Source: Utricularia gibba (lineage: Eukaryota; Plantae; Magnoliophyta). From it: a stretch of 64,000 nucleotides of DNA. The position numbers were made by a program, and so were the translations under genes. The notes beneath the pieces were generated by a model that saw nothing but the letters and a program-made list of their open reading frames with translations, made no database searches and was not told the origin of the DNA. The DNA lies in assembly GCA_002189035.1 (NCBI GenBank), contig NEEC01000019.1:1798001-1862000 (forward strand). Direction: 5' to 3'. Position 1 is the first letter of the stretch. Each line of letters opens with the position of its first letter. Below, one piece after another: positions 50,701-62,687 of the stretch.

Positions 50701-51858
50701 GAGAGATTCAACATCAAATGCTCCACCTAAATACCTGTGTGCAATAGCTTCAGTCCAAAGTATCACGAAGCATGTGCCATTTTCTGATGGACAATTAAGT
50801 GACTGCTCTTAACTGAAAAGGAACTGTGACAACGGTTTTACCCTGCAGTTGCTTCAATGCGATCATGCACCGTGGGGTTCAATGGGAGCTTGGAATTGTA
50901 GACGGGAAATGTCAAGACCACCCCAAGATGATTATTCAGCAATCTGAAAGGGCTTGTAAGAACTGCTTTACCAGTGGCCCGAGCTCTTAGAATGTTTTCG
51001 CGATCCTCCTGCATCACCAGCAAAGGAGTTAGATATCAGGTAGTGAGATCACCAAATGCGGAGGAACAATCTCTTACCTTCCCAGACATCATGTCAAGCG
51101 ACTCGATGTATGATATAGTTTCTTGCATAAATATCACAGGAGCATATTCATCACTGACAGGTGCAGCCTCTTTCCCCATTGATCTAATAGTCCAGCCGTG
51201 TGTCCTCTCAAATTCTGCCCTCTCGGAATGCAGAATTCTCTGAGCATAAGCTATCCCATTCAACAATGGCCTTTCAAACGCAGTTCTTGCCGTGTATTCA
51301 GCAAAAGTTTCCTGCATTGAGCACAGAAGCAAAACTTTTCTGATGATAGGGAATAAATCAGAAGCAAACAACCAATCTTTAACAGCAAAGGTTTCCCCAG
51401 AAGGGAGAAGAGATACAAGCCAGAAAATTTCAACCCAATACAGGTACTAGAAAGTAATTCACTAACACAAAAAAAAGTACTTGCGGAAATGTTTTGTTAC
51501 AAGCCATTACAGAACCCCATGAACAAACCTGATCAATTGCAGAAGGACTCTTGCAGTAGTGAAAAGTAGTGACAAGAATCGCAAGAGCATGAACGTGGTT
51601 CAAAGTGACGTTGAACTGATCCTGCAGCATCCTCGCTCTCTGATCACACATGCTAACAAGGCCCTCTTTCCTCCTAGCATGTTGATCATTGTTCATTCGA
51701 AAAAAGATGTATCCACTAAGAGCCAACACCGCGAGTATCCAAGTGAGCTGCACCCACGGATTTAAAGCCAGATGGGTCAAAGACCATTTTCTTGTGGTTC
51801 CAAAATGCTCATTAACTTTCCTGGTCAACAACTGGTACCCCGACCTCTTCACTCCCAT
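47741..51858 (-). CDS. AHK4: Cytokinin receptor hybrid histidine kinase AHK4/CRE1/WOL, 11 exons, intact
   Basis: CHASE domain ([35 protein letters not shown]), H-box [18 protein letters not shown], HATPase ([26 protein letters not shown]), receiver-like domain and receiver ([18 protein letters not shown]). Confidence 0.94.
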
Positions 51859-54800
51859 TTTCCCAAACTACAAAACCCCTGGGTTCTCACTTCAAACCAA
51901 TGTCAAGCCCAGAAATCAGGAAGGAGTCTAAGTGAGAAGATGATGTTGCAAGATTTCATGAGCTTCTCCTGCATCTTTCTCAAGCTTACATGCTCTTCCT
52001 TCAAACGCCTTCCTGCAAAACCTCTCTCTCAAAGAAAAACAAAACAAAACGAAGCCCCTTCCTTTAACACAATTGAGCTATTAGCTCGACCTGGAGAAGC
52101 ACCTCGGCTTTCACAACATACCAGCAGAAGCTAAAAGTTTCTTAAACAACAGAAGAGCAAGTATTTTTCACAACTCCATGATGGGAGAGATAAATCAAAG
52201 CTAAAAAAGCTGCCTCTATTTGCAGACCTCAAAAGGTGAAAAGAAAAGGAACAAAACTCGCTCAATCTCACTCTCTCTCCCCCCACCTCCAAGACTGGAT
52301 TTTCGGGTGCTGTGATACAAGCTCCTTTAAATCACGAACTCTGATGCAGAGTTTTGTTATGAACTTGCCGTCCAACATGGCACACCCATTCAAACAAACA
52401 CATCACTTTTTTTCCGGTATTCAGAATGGCAATTAATCTCTAGCCTGCAACGTGAACAGTTTTTTGTTTTTTGTTGGGCACTCCAAAAAGCAACTGAACA
52501 TTTTGGCCTAATGAAATACATACGCAAGAGATGTCACCTTCACATATCCATAGGAAAATGACTTGTAGTGCTACTTTCCCCTCACCCCTTTTTGCTATTC
52601 CTTTCTTCACAAAGTAGGGGCCATTCCATGCCATGTAAAAGAGCTCCCTTGACCATACTTTTTCTTCTTATTCCACAACTAGAACATTGAAAAAAAGGGG
52701 GGGTAGAAATTGTGGGACTTGAGAAGCCTCGATAAAAAAAAAAGGAGAGACCCTTTATTTTTCTCAAGTGCATTAGTCATTGAAAAACCTTTAGTCAATC
52801 TCCATTAATACCAAGATGTGTCCCTCACAGCTTATGCTTTAATGAGTTGCCTCTTCTTAATCTCCTTAATTGCTTGTTTACTTCTTACAACCTTCACTTC
52901 ATTTTCTGACTTTCCTTCCAAGTATATGTCTTTTTATAAGATTAAAATGTTCTCCCTATCATCAAGTTTGTGGGCAACAGAATCCTGGAAATCTTGAAAT
53001 AACAAACAACTTGGTAATAAATTATCCAGGGGAGGTTGTCTGAGTTCTAAAAAACCAAGCCCCTTTTTCCAGAAAGCAAGTTACATTCCTTTTGAAATAG
53101 AATCAATGGCTTTTTTTTATACTGATTAAAACAAAAAGAACTTTGCTGAATTCTGTAGCTTTATTCAAACTTATACAAATCAAACTAGGAAATTTTCCAT
53201 AAATATTTTTACTTCAATTATAGTGGAAGTTTTTGCTCCCATATACGATCAATTCGGAAGCAAAAATATTTTGCCGTGCACGATATCTATGAACAAGGCC
53301 GATGAAGATGTGCAAAATGAGGCGGCCCAATTATGAGAATTCAGCCCATTATCAGATCCATTTCAGAAAGGCCCAATGGATTAATTTGGAGAATCGATGA
53401 AGGGGATTTTGAGAATTTGGGCATTTTTGACAGGTTTGACCAAAGAAAGTGTCTTTACTGAATCCCATATCCATTACGTATGAGATAGAGGATTTATTTA
53501 TATAAATTGATATTTTTTAATTTTACATAAGTTATTTTTCCCAAAAAATAAAAACAGAAAATTAGATATCACAAGAAAATAATATTGTTGTTGCGATCAA
53601 AATCGGTTCTATTGGGGGGAAATCGATTTTCAGGTTACATAATGGGTTTGTTAGAATTTGATTCGAGTTATATCGATTTGCGGGTAGTGGTTGGTAAAAG
53701 AAATGATAACACACGAGGATTTTTATATGAAAATCATCAAAATACTGAAAAACTACAAAATTGTAATAGCTCGCCAAGAAAAAAAAATTCATTAATAAAG
53801 GATAAAAATGTATAAATAGAAATATATAAAGTTTAACCATTTTTTCTTCAATTTTACTCGTATTTATAAGAAGAGTCGAACTGATCAAATTCTATAGATA
53901 TCGACTATTTTTTGTAATTGATTGCTGTATTACTTACAAATAACCACCGATTATTTTAATATTTCTATAATACTTTTACTTTTAAAACTTTATCAAAAAA
54001 CGATCATCCTTGTTTATTTATAACCTCTTTATTCTGTAAATAGGTTGCAGATTGTCAGAATCGTCCAAATCAACTCTCCTACCGATTTTATACGACAGGA
54101 TACATACACATTCAGTACCCCTTCAATTGTGTAATAAAAATGTGTCATTAAAAATCTTCTTATTTCACAAATGAATGAAGCTACAGAACCGCCCCGATGA
54201 AACTGGCCCCTGAATATATGGGGTTTTAATGCCCATCGTTCCTCGAAAACGCCACATGTCAACAGCCAAAAGTAATACCAACAACAATAACCACATGTCG
54301 ACCAACAAATAGTCGTAAGTAGTATTCAACTTTACATAGGTCTATGCCTATCTTTTATAATCCCAACGTCTTGACGTGAAGCAGCCAGAGAAAAAAAAAA
54401 TGTCTCTGTTCGTCCTTTCTGATTCAACACTTTGATTGGTGTGCGATGTGGGACTTGCGCCATTGCTGCCCCCTTAACGTTTACTTACTCACCCCCTCTC
54501 TCTAGATTAGCGTGTTTCTTTTCCTTTTCTTTTCATCTGTTTGGTAGCGGTTTAAAGCAGTTTCATTCATCTGTACATTGTTTATATTTGCTTTGTTTTC
54601 TGACTCATCCGACCTCGCACTTTCCCTCCTTTTACTCCCTCGACTTTTCGTATCTTCATCAGATTCTTGTGTTCCTCAACTGTTTTACGCATAAGCCACA
54701 TGCCCCCCTTCGCCCTTCTCCTCTCACCCTCAAACTCCACTCCAACCATTTCCCTTTCCTTCTTTCTTGTGGAGCGCACGCACTGCCACTGCCTTAACTT

Positions 54801-55447
54801 TCATGTGTGTGGTAAAGGTATGTTTCCCTCAGTCTTGATCTAAACTTTTAGGAGAAAGTTCACAGTGTTTCACCCGTGACCGTCGGATCCATTTCTACAA
54901 GATCAGTCTTTCTTCAGGTGTATGGAGTTGTTGAGAAGCTGATGAATTCAACAGAGACAGGCTTCTGCATAGTGAATTAGGGTCTCTTCCTTCTCAAGGT
55001 CTGCTGTGAGTTTCAGTGGTGTACTTTATGAATATCAAATCACCAGCACCTTGTCTGATATGGAAATTTTGTAAAGGAATACCGTTTTCCACAAGCACAC
55101 AAAAGTCCAAAAAACTCGAAATAATTTGTTCCAAGATTCTTCAAAAGATCGCCCATCACTTTTTTTCTTTGGAGGCCAACATGCTCAACTTTGGCCGTAC
55201 CCGTGTCATCAAAAACAAAAACTGATGAATAGTAGAAGTGTGGTCACCAGGGTGCCCTTCAAAATGCCCATGAAAACGCAAGATGTTGATGAAATGGCCT
55301 ACTCCAAAGCATCCCTCCCACAAGCACGCCCCGACATCCTTAACGATCCTGCAACTGGCCACGAGGTTAGTTCTGCGTGGACCTTGTTGAATTCCATGGG
55401 TTTTTTATGTATAAAGCAGGTGGACTGAATTGGAGTTGGGAGTTCAG

Positions 55448-55913
55448 ATGTACGGAGAGCAGCCCCTAAAGCTGGAGCTCACGCTCACGCTTGGTCCGAG
55501 GTGCTTGAGCGAGGAGCATCATCGTCATCCTCCACGCCCCTCTCGAGTTTTCTCCTGCAACTTCTGTAGAAAAAAGTTCTGCAGTTCCCAAGCTTTGGGG
55601 GGCACCAGAACGCGCACAGACGAGAAAGGTCGTTGGCAAAGACTGCCATGAGGATGCGCATACTGCCTTTCCGGTCACTCGGGTTGAATCCCACAGCTCC
55701 TTGAACCAAACGATTTTCCATGGGCCCGGTACGGATTGCATCGGGAGAGCAAATGTGTCGTCCATCCACGAGGAACCGGAGCTTTCATGGCCGGGCAGTT
55801 TCCGGCGTGACGGTGGAGCGGCGGACACCGGTGGCTCCAGTTCTGATGCGAATGTGGGTGGGAGTTCACCCACGGCGTCATCTCCAATTCCTGATCTGAA
55901 CCTTAAACTCTAA
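55448..55913 (+). CDS. Single C2H2 zinc-finger EAR repressor (ZFP4/ZFP7-type), two frameshifts; start uncertain (possible upstream exon from 55283)
   Basis: RVFSCNFCRKKFCSSQALGG(HQNAHRRER) is restored by one G at 55597-55602, and RSLG(VESHSS) by one G at 55681-55683. C-terminal WPGSFR and PDLNLKL (EAR) are present. Confidence 0.85.
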
Positions 55914-56802
55914 TGCGAAGCTCCCTATTGCAGCTGTCTGTTTGCTAGAATTTCATGTAACCTTTTTCCTCTCGTGAGTAGGAGCAGAACTCCCATCATA
56001 CACCAGCAGTCATCTTCTCCTCTAATCTAGTAGCAAAACATTCGAAAATGCAGAGCAGTTCGAAACCCCCCTGGCGCACGGTGTGCATCAGCAGTATCTA
56101 TCCCCCGCGAGAAAAAGAGAAATGAATGATCTGTTGCAAAGGGGAGGTTGAATGCGATCGGAGATTTTTTGTACACGTGGATTCTTTCATAGATGTCAGC
56201 GTCATCTCTTTCGATTCCATCGGAACTTCCACTCGCCGGGTGGGGATTCGGGGGACCATCATCATCACGTCATCATGCATCCAGACAAAGAAACAAAGAC
56301 GAATGAATCTCTTTGTACATCCGTATCACATGATCCCGACGTCGGCACGTGCCGCTTCTTTATATAACATTACAATATTAATTAAGAAAGACAGTTCCGT
56401 TCCGTTGCCTGAAAATGTCATTTATTTTGAAAACAAAAATGTTTTATTGATCGTCTTGTTCCAAATTGCAGCAAAACATCTGTGTTTTCAAACCCATTGC
56501 TTAACTGAAACCGGTTAATCGGATAGGACATTTCCGATTTTATGAGACATGATATCTAAATAATCATCATTAGTACGATACATCTTTATTTAAAGTTATC
56601 ATACTTTTTTGATTGATCAAATCCAATTTGAACTGATCAAAATCGGATTTTGAACCGAACCGGTCCCGTACCGATTCGTTTTGTAACACCGGGTTGAAAA
56701 CATAACAAGACATTGGAACGTGTTGCTCCGAGTCATACCGGGTCACCCGGTCAACACATGGTCAAATACCGTTTTCTTGTTGGTGGCGGGTGCAAATTTT
56801 TT

Positions 56803-57371
56803 GAGTTAAGTTGGTGATATGCATATTTTTGTATTTTTTGTTTGCAAAATACATCTTTTGAATTAAATTGTTAAAATACATCATTTTGTATTTTTTATTT
56901 GTAAAATATATCTTATACACTATTATTGCTTAGGAAATGTATTGCTTATAAGGTTTCGGAAGCAATTATTGAAACAACATGTAAACAAAGATATGAAATT
57001 TCTGTTTTCTCCACATTGATGATCGCTTATCTAGGCATAGTCTTTATTTTTTATATGATTTAGTGCTTTAACTTGTTTAAGAAGCATAAACTCCACATCT
57101 CATTCGACTCTTGCAGAAGAGTACTTGAACATTTGATGAATCATGATTCTTTTGAGTTGTGATGTAAGTTTTATTATGAGATTTGAGAATGTAAATATGC
57201 TACAAATTTATAATTTTTCAAAGTTTGGAATACAAGTTTTGTAAAACTGAGGAAATTCAACTAGTATAATCAGTTTTTAATGTAAAATGATGTATTTTTC
57301 TAATTCAATCCCAAAAAAATGTATTTTATAAATCAAAAATAAAAAATGATGTATTTCACCATTTTTTATCC
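56803..57371. mobile_element. Degenerate non-autonomous Mutator-like/MITE element with about 80-bp imperfect TIRs
   Basis: 56812-56893 (TGGTGATATGCAT...AAAATACATCATTTT) aligns by eye with the reverse complement of 57279-57361 (TGGTGAAATACATC...AAAATACATCATTTT). No clear 9-bp TSD. Confidence 0.55.
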
Positions 57372-58143
57372 AGTTTTCTCTTCTTCTTCGCTCTTCCTTC
57401 CCAAGTTCCGAAATCCTCCACATCGCGAAACCAGACCGCGACCCGGAAGAGACTGATTTAAACAGAAGAAATGAAAAGGGGAGTTGGGTTATGGGTGTCC
57501 GTTTTCTCTCCTTTACCAAACATATCCATTACTGCACTGTGAGTGTGTGGGTGTGGTCCAAAGGTCACACAACAGATTGAACTAACGGCCGGCGTATTTG
57601 TATTTGCAAGTTAGTGTTATGTGGGCCTGAAAAGGGGCAGAGGCAGCCAACCAGAAACCAGCTTTTGTGTGTACTCATTGTCTTGTAGTCGGACCCAGTC
57701 TCTATTTATTCCCAGGTTCATGCCCATTTTTCTTGCAGCTCAAAGACAACCCAATCCCCATACCCTCCTAATCAATTGAAACAACTTGATTGCTTGTAAT
57801 TCAAAAAGCCATTGAGTGTAGATTCAAATTCTAACTGCAGGCATGCACAGTTTTACTGCAGTCAAAAGGGGCTGGAATTACTTACTTTATCCGTTAGAAG
57901 AAGGTTTGCATGAGCCAGCATGGATTTGCTTATACACAGGAGATGATGCATTGCTACCAAGAAAAATGGAGTTCAAAAGCTCAAAAAAGAACAGACGAGA
58001 AAAGAAAGAAAAAACAAGCGCGTCAGTGGACATCAAACTGGAAATGATGCGGAGCAATTTTACCAGTCCATTTCGCATGGAGGCCGAGAGGGGAGCAGCG
58101 AGATCACGGGAGAGTCAGGCTTGAATCATTTGCTTGAAATGCC

Positions 58144-61050
58144 TTATCGCCCGTCTGTGGATGTAAAGGAATCAGCAAAACCAGATGGCCTGATCGGTAT
58201 GCTTGTCTGAGTATTCTCCCCGCTGTCGATGTATGAAGATGAAGAGGCATCGACACCACTGAATCCTTCAAGTGTCTGCCATTTCTTCAGTGCCTGAGGC
58301 AATGTCATCTCATAGTCGATTCCGAGCAAGTCTTCTGGATCAGTGGGTTCGGATGGTTTCCATAGCTCGGCAAGGGACGACAGCACATTGACAACATGCC
58401 CCATGTCCGGCCTCTGATATGGTTCACGAGCGGTGCAGTGGCCAGCAAGCTCGGCCACTGTGGTGATGCTCGCTAGAGACTCTTCATCGAACCCCATGTT
58501 CGGATCAATGACCTTGTGAAGATTCTCCTTGTTCAACAGCATTCGGCGGAACCAGGGGACGAGATGTTGAATCTCTTCGCCCAGAGTCTCATCCAGGGCT
58601 TTCCTCCCCGTTATAATCTCCATTAGAATAACTCCAAAGCTGTAGACATCAATCTTGGTGCTTACTCGTCCAGTCACTGTCCGATTTTGGATGAAAGAAT
58701 CATTAATATCAACTGGAAAAAACAAACACTGAGAGAAAACAGGCATCATGTAGACAAAAGATACCTGCATACTCTGGCGCTAGATAGCCAAATGTCCCGG
58801 CTAATTTAGTGGCTACAGAAGCTTTGCCATCAGGGGCAAGCCGAACAAGTCCGAAATCTGCAACTTTAGCCCTCATATCATCTCCAAGGAGAATGTTGGA
58901 TGGTTTAAGATCACGATGTATGAAACTTTGCTGGGCCAAACCATGGAGATATTCAACACCTCTAGCAACATCCAGCGCAACTGTAAGTCTTTTCATCCAC
59001 TCAAGGGGTTTCAACGCTTCTTCTTTCCAGTTAAACAAAAACCTGCTCAATGTCCCCTGAGGCATATACTCATAGACAAGGAGCCTCTCATTTCCATCCA
59101 AACAATAACCGAGTAGAGCAACGAGATGTCTGTGTCGAACTTTCGTAAGGACAGCTATCTCAGACTTGAACTCCTCCAATCCCTTATCCGTGATAACTCC
59201 AGCCTCCATTCGTTTAACTGCAATCTTAGTCCCATCGTGCAATTCTCCTTTATACACAGTTCCAAAACCACCTTTCCCTAGTATGTTTTTCTCACAAAAA
59301 TTTTCCGTCACGTTTCTAAGCACCTGGATAGAAATCACCATGTTTCCAGCTTCCACGATATGGATATCATTTTGTCTGCTACCATCTTGACTATAAGCCT
59401 GGCTTGATGCACTATTCATTCCAGCAACAGTGATCTTAACGGCATCATCAGAACCTGAGTGGCGGGATGAATCACTGTAGTGTATGGAATCTGAAGTTTT
59501 CCACTGCGCTTCTTTTTTATCCTAACAAAGCAGAAAACCATCGCCCCAACAAACAGAAAAGTGCACACACTGCCAACGACTGATCCCACAATCGTTCCAG
59601 TTGAAGGCTTTCTTGCATTACCATCTGCTGATCCATTGCCACCTGGAGTATCAGGTGCATTTCCATTCCCCCCATGCGAGTCAGGAGGCGCCATATTCTT
59701 GCCAATATTGACATTTCCATCAGTATTCAAAATCAAACCATTTCGAAAAGCTGGAACCGTCCCATAAATTTGATTATTGGAAACATCCAACTGAACAAGG
59801 TTTGGTAGGCTTGCAAGTTCACTGGGAATTGTTCCTGATATGTTATTGTTGGATAGAATCAACCTCTGAAGTGAAGTGATCTGAGAAAAGCTGCTTGAGA
59901 TCACTCCAGTTAGCCCCATTCCATGAAAGTTTATTACAGATACGTTCCCATTATTACAGGTTATACCAATCCATGAAGCACAAGGATCATTTCCTTTCCA
60001 ACTCTGAGCAAAGGAAGCTGGATAAGAAAAATCTGGCAACACATTCAGCAAATGATTTACTCGCGAATCACAGTCTACGCCAGGATCGGGTAAGCAGAAA
60101 CTATTGGTATTAGCTTCCAAGTCCACCTGCACACCGTTACTGAAACCCGGAGTTTCACCTTGTAACAAATTGTTCGTTAAATTCACGACAGCAAGGGATT
60201 TCAATCCTACCAGAGATCCGGGTACTGGACCAGTCAAACTATTATCACGAATGCTCAAGTTCTGCAATTGAACTAGTCCAGTAAAATCAGGTAGCGGACC
60301 GGAAAAGGAGTTCCCGTGTAACCAAGCCTCAGTCAACTGAGTCATATTCTGTAAAACGATAAGAGATCCGTTCAATCGGGAGCTGCTTCTCTGGCCATTA
60401 AGCCATAGAGATTGTAGTGACGATCCCGCAAGACTAGAAGGAAGTGGGCCTTCGAGATTGTTGAACGATAGATGCAAATTAGTCAAGCTGGAAAAGGTTT
60501 CAGCACCAAAAAATCCGGGCAAAGGACCGGATACATTGGCTGAATTTGCTGAAAACGTTTGCAATGTCGAAGCACTTGCAAGCCCATTCGGAATAGTCCA
60601 AGCGCTAAAGGGATTCGAATCCAAGTAAGCGTCTTGCAACGAGTTCAAACCATCGAAGAAATCCGGCGGAATAGAGGTGAAACCATTATTGCTCAGCAGC
60701 AACGACTGAAGTGCGCCCATTCCAGAAAAACTCGGCAGCGGCCCAGTGATCTGGTTGCCTTGAATTTCAAACACTTGCAAAGCCGTGAGATTGTTAATGT
60801 TCGGCGGCAAAGAACCCACCAAATTCTGATGCCCAATTTGGATCCTGGTCACCCGCTCCCCATTGCATTTCACATGCTCCCACAGACACGGATTTGGATC
60901 GGACCAACCAAGTGCATTCGGAGCGTTGAGCCCTTTTTTCAACGCAAGCATCACCGCCGCATCTCCATCGGCCTGGCAACTGCAAACGCCGACCAAAGTC
61001 GCCCACACTGCGACTAACACCATTACAGAAGACACCCCAAATGTCCCCAT
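58144..61050 (-). CDS. TMK: TMK-family LRR receptor kinase (TMK1/TMK3-like), 2 exons, about 939 aa after repairing one frameshift
   Basis: ATG 61050; exons 61050-58765 and 58676-58144. LRR blocks split by a non-LRR island (WKGNDPC), TM helix, VIHPRHSGSD restored by one C at 59464-59466, [33 protein letters not shown]|VTGRV, C-terminal [16 protein letters not shown]-like motif. Confidence 0.92.
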
Positions 61051-62687
61051 GATCCAGAGTCCCCTCACTTTTCCAACAACTTCTAAGCGCTCTCCACTTC
61101 CACAAACCCTAGACAACAAACTGAAAAACCAGCTACCCCATCCCAGAAGCTGATTCCGATTCCCGACAATGCATTTTTCCTTTTCGTCCTCTCCGTCGCC
61201 GTCCGAGACCACCGGAGAGTAGAACGTCGGCGTCGACCAAAGACAGAAAACGAAGCAGCGTGCCCGAAGAGATAGCTCTCTGTGTCGAGAGCGAAAGAAA
61301 AGGAAAAGGAAAAAAAAAGGCAAATGAAGAGCTTTTCTCTCGCAGAGTGCGAGGTGATACAGTTGTCACATCCGCGTGGGGACCACCACCATAAGTTTAA
61401 TTACCAGCACTTGCATTATTTCGATGCAGAAATTAAAGGCACGTATGGTAGTCGCCTAGCATCATTAATGGCGCTGCCACTAATTGCCTGCAATTACGGG
61501 AGGGGAATGTTCTTAATCCCAAGTCTCCCCCTCCCTTAACCTAATCCTTTTCCTTTTCCTTTTCCATCATTTTATTCAAATTAAATATATTCATTTGTTA
61601 TTTAAATCCAGTATCTTGATCATGATTATACCATCTTTAATTCCCATTTATTAAAAATAGAAAAAAAATATCTCCGGGTGCATTTACGTACTTTTGTAAT
61701 TTAATAAGGTTAAATTTAAAAAATGTAAAAAAAGTCAAAAGTCTCCGCTGTGCATTTATGAGGGACCTAACGAGATGAGTTAATTTTTCCAGCTCGGATT
61801 CGGTAATTACCACATATTCTTTTACAGCTAATTTTCCACTTTTAAAATATCTATAAAAAATATACCAATTTAATATTTAATATGATTTCATTGTTTTTTT
61901 TACCATAGAATTTAATATACAAAACCAACTATCTAATGTAACATCTTGTTGTTTCGTGTGTAGATGAGATGGTCTATTCAGTTGACTCATTACAATATAA
62001 CTCTTGACTGGACAAGGTGTGATCATGATATTTTTGCAATCACAATTCACACTTTATAATCAAGCATTTAATTAAATCTTATTATGTTTGATATGTTAGC
62101 TTAAAAGGAATAAAGAAATGCAAAAAATGAAAAAAAAAGCACAATTACGATAATCCGATATCCCAAATATATTTATAACCACTTGTTTTGATTAGTTATC
62201 CTTAGTATTGAAATGATTTATTATGAAAAAATAGAACAAGAATAATCGAATAAAATATAATTAAAATTTTAAAATTAGAAAATCGAATCAAATCTATCAT
62301 TTCCTACCAATACTTAAAATACTAGGAATTGATTGCAATATTAAAAACTAGGTATTTATTGAAATAAATAGAAAATCACGTATTTATTGAAAAACACATG
62401 TTATATTTTAATTTCCATATAGGGTATAATTGAAGTGTAACATATAATTAATTATTTAAGTCATATTAGTTTTTGAATAGGTGTGAAAAGAAATTGGCTA
62501 AAGTAACGCGCACACGGCACTCCTCAGTCACCTAGTCTTGGCTTTCATTTGCCAAGTCATGCATCATCTCTCTAAAGTCTCAATTAATGCAAATTTTTTT
62601 ACAGAATTTATAGGAAACAGGAACGAGCAGTTTGAATGCATCAAGGAGCTTGACTGATATTCCATTTGCCTCTGCCTGCTATCGTTG

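Noticed and set aside
51903-51974. 23-codon uORF upstream of AHK4
   Set aside because: I cannot tell whether it lies in the mature leader or an intron, and there is no evidence of conservation.
7808-59466. Programmed ribosomal frameshifting or transcriptional slippage as an explanation of the seven frameshifts
   Set aside because: The genes are unrelated, there is no slippery heptamer or downstream structure, the runs are as short as GG, and all shifts go the same way. Sequencing consensus error is far simpler.
14522-61050. A functional signalling or biosynthetic gene cluster (PSKR1, AHK4, TMK, SOS1, NPF8)
   Set aside because: There is no shared pathway or tandem duplication, and the arrangement is explained by inherited synteny.
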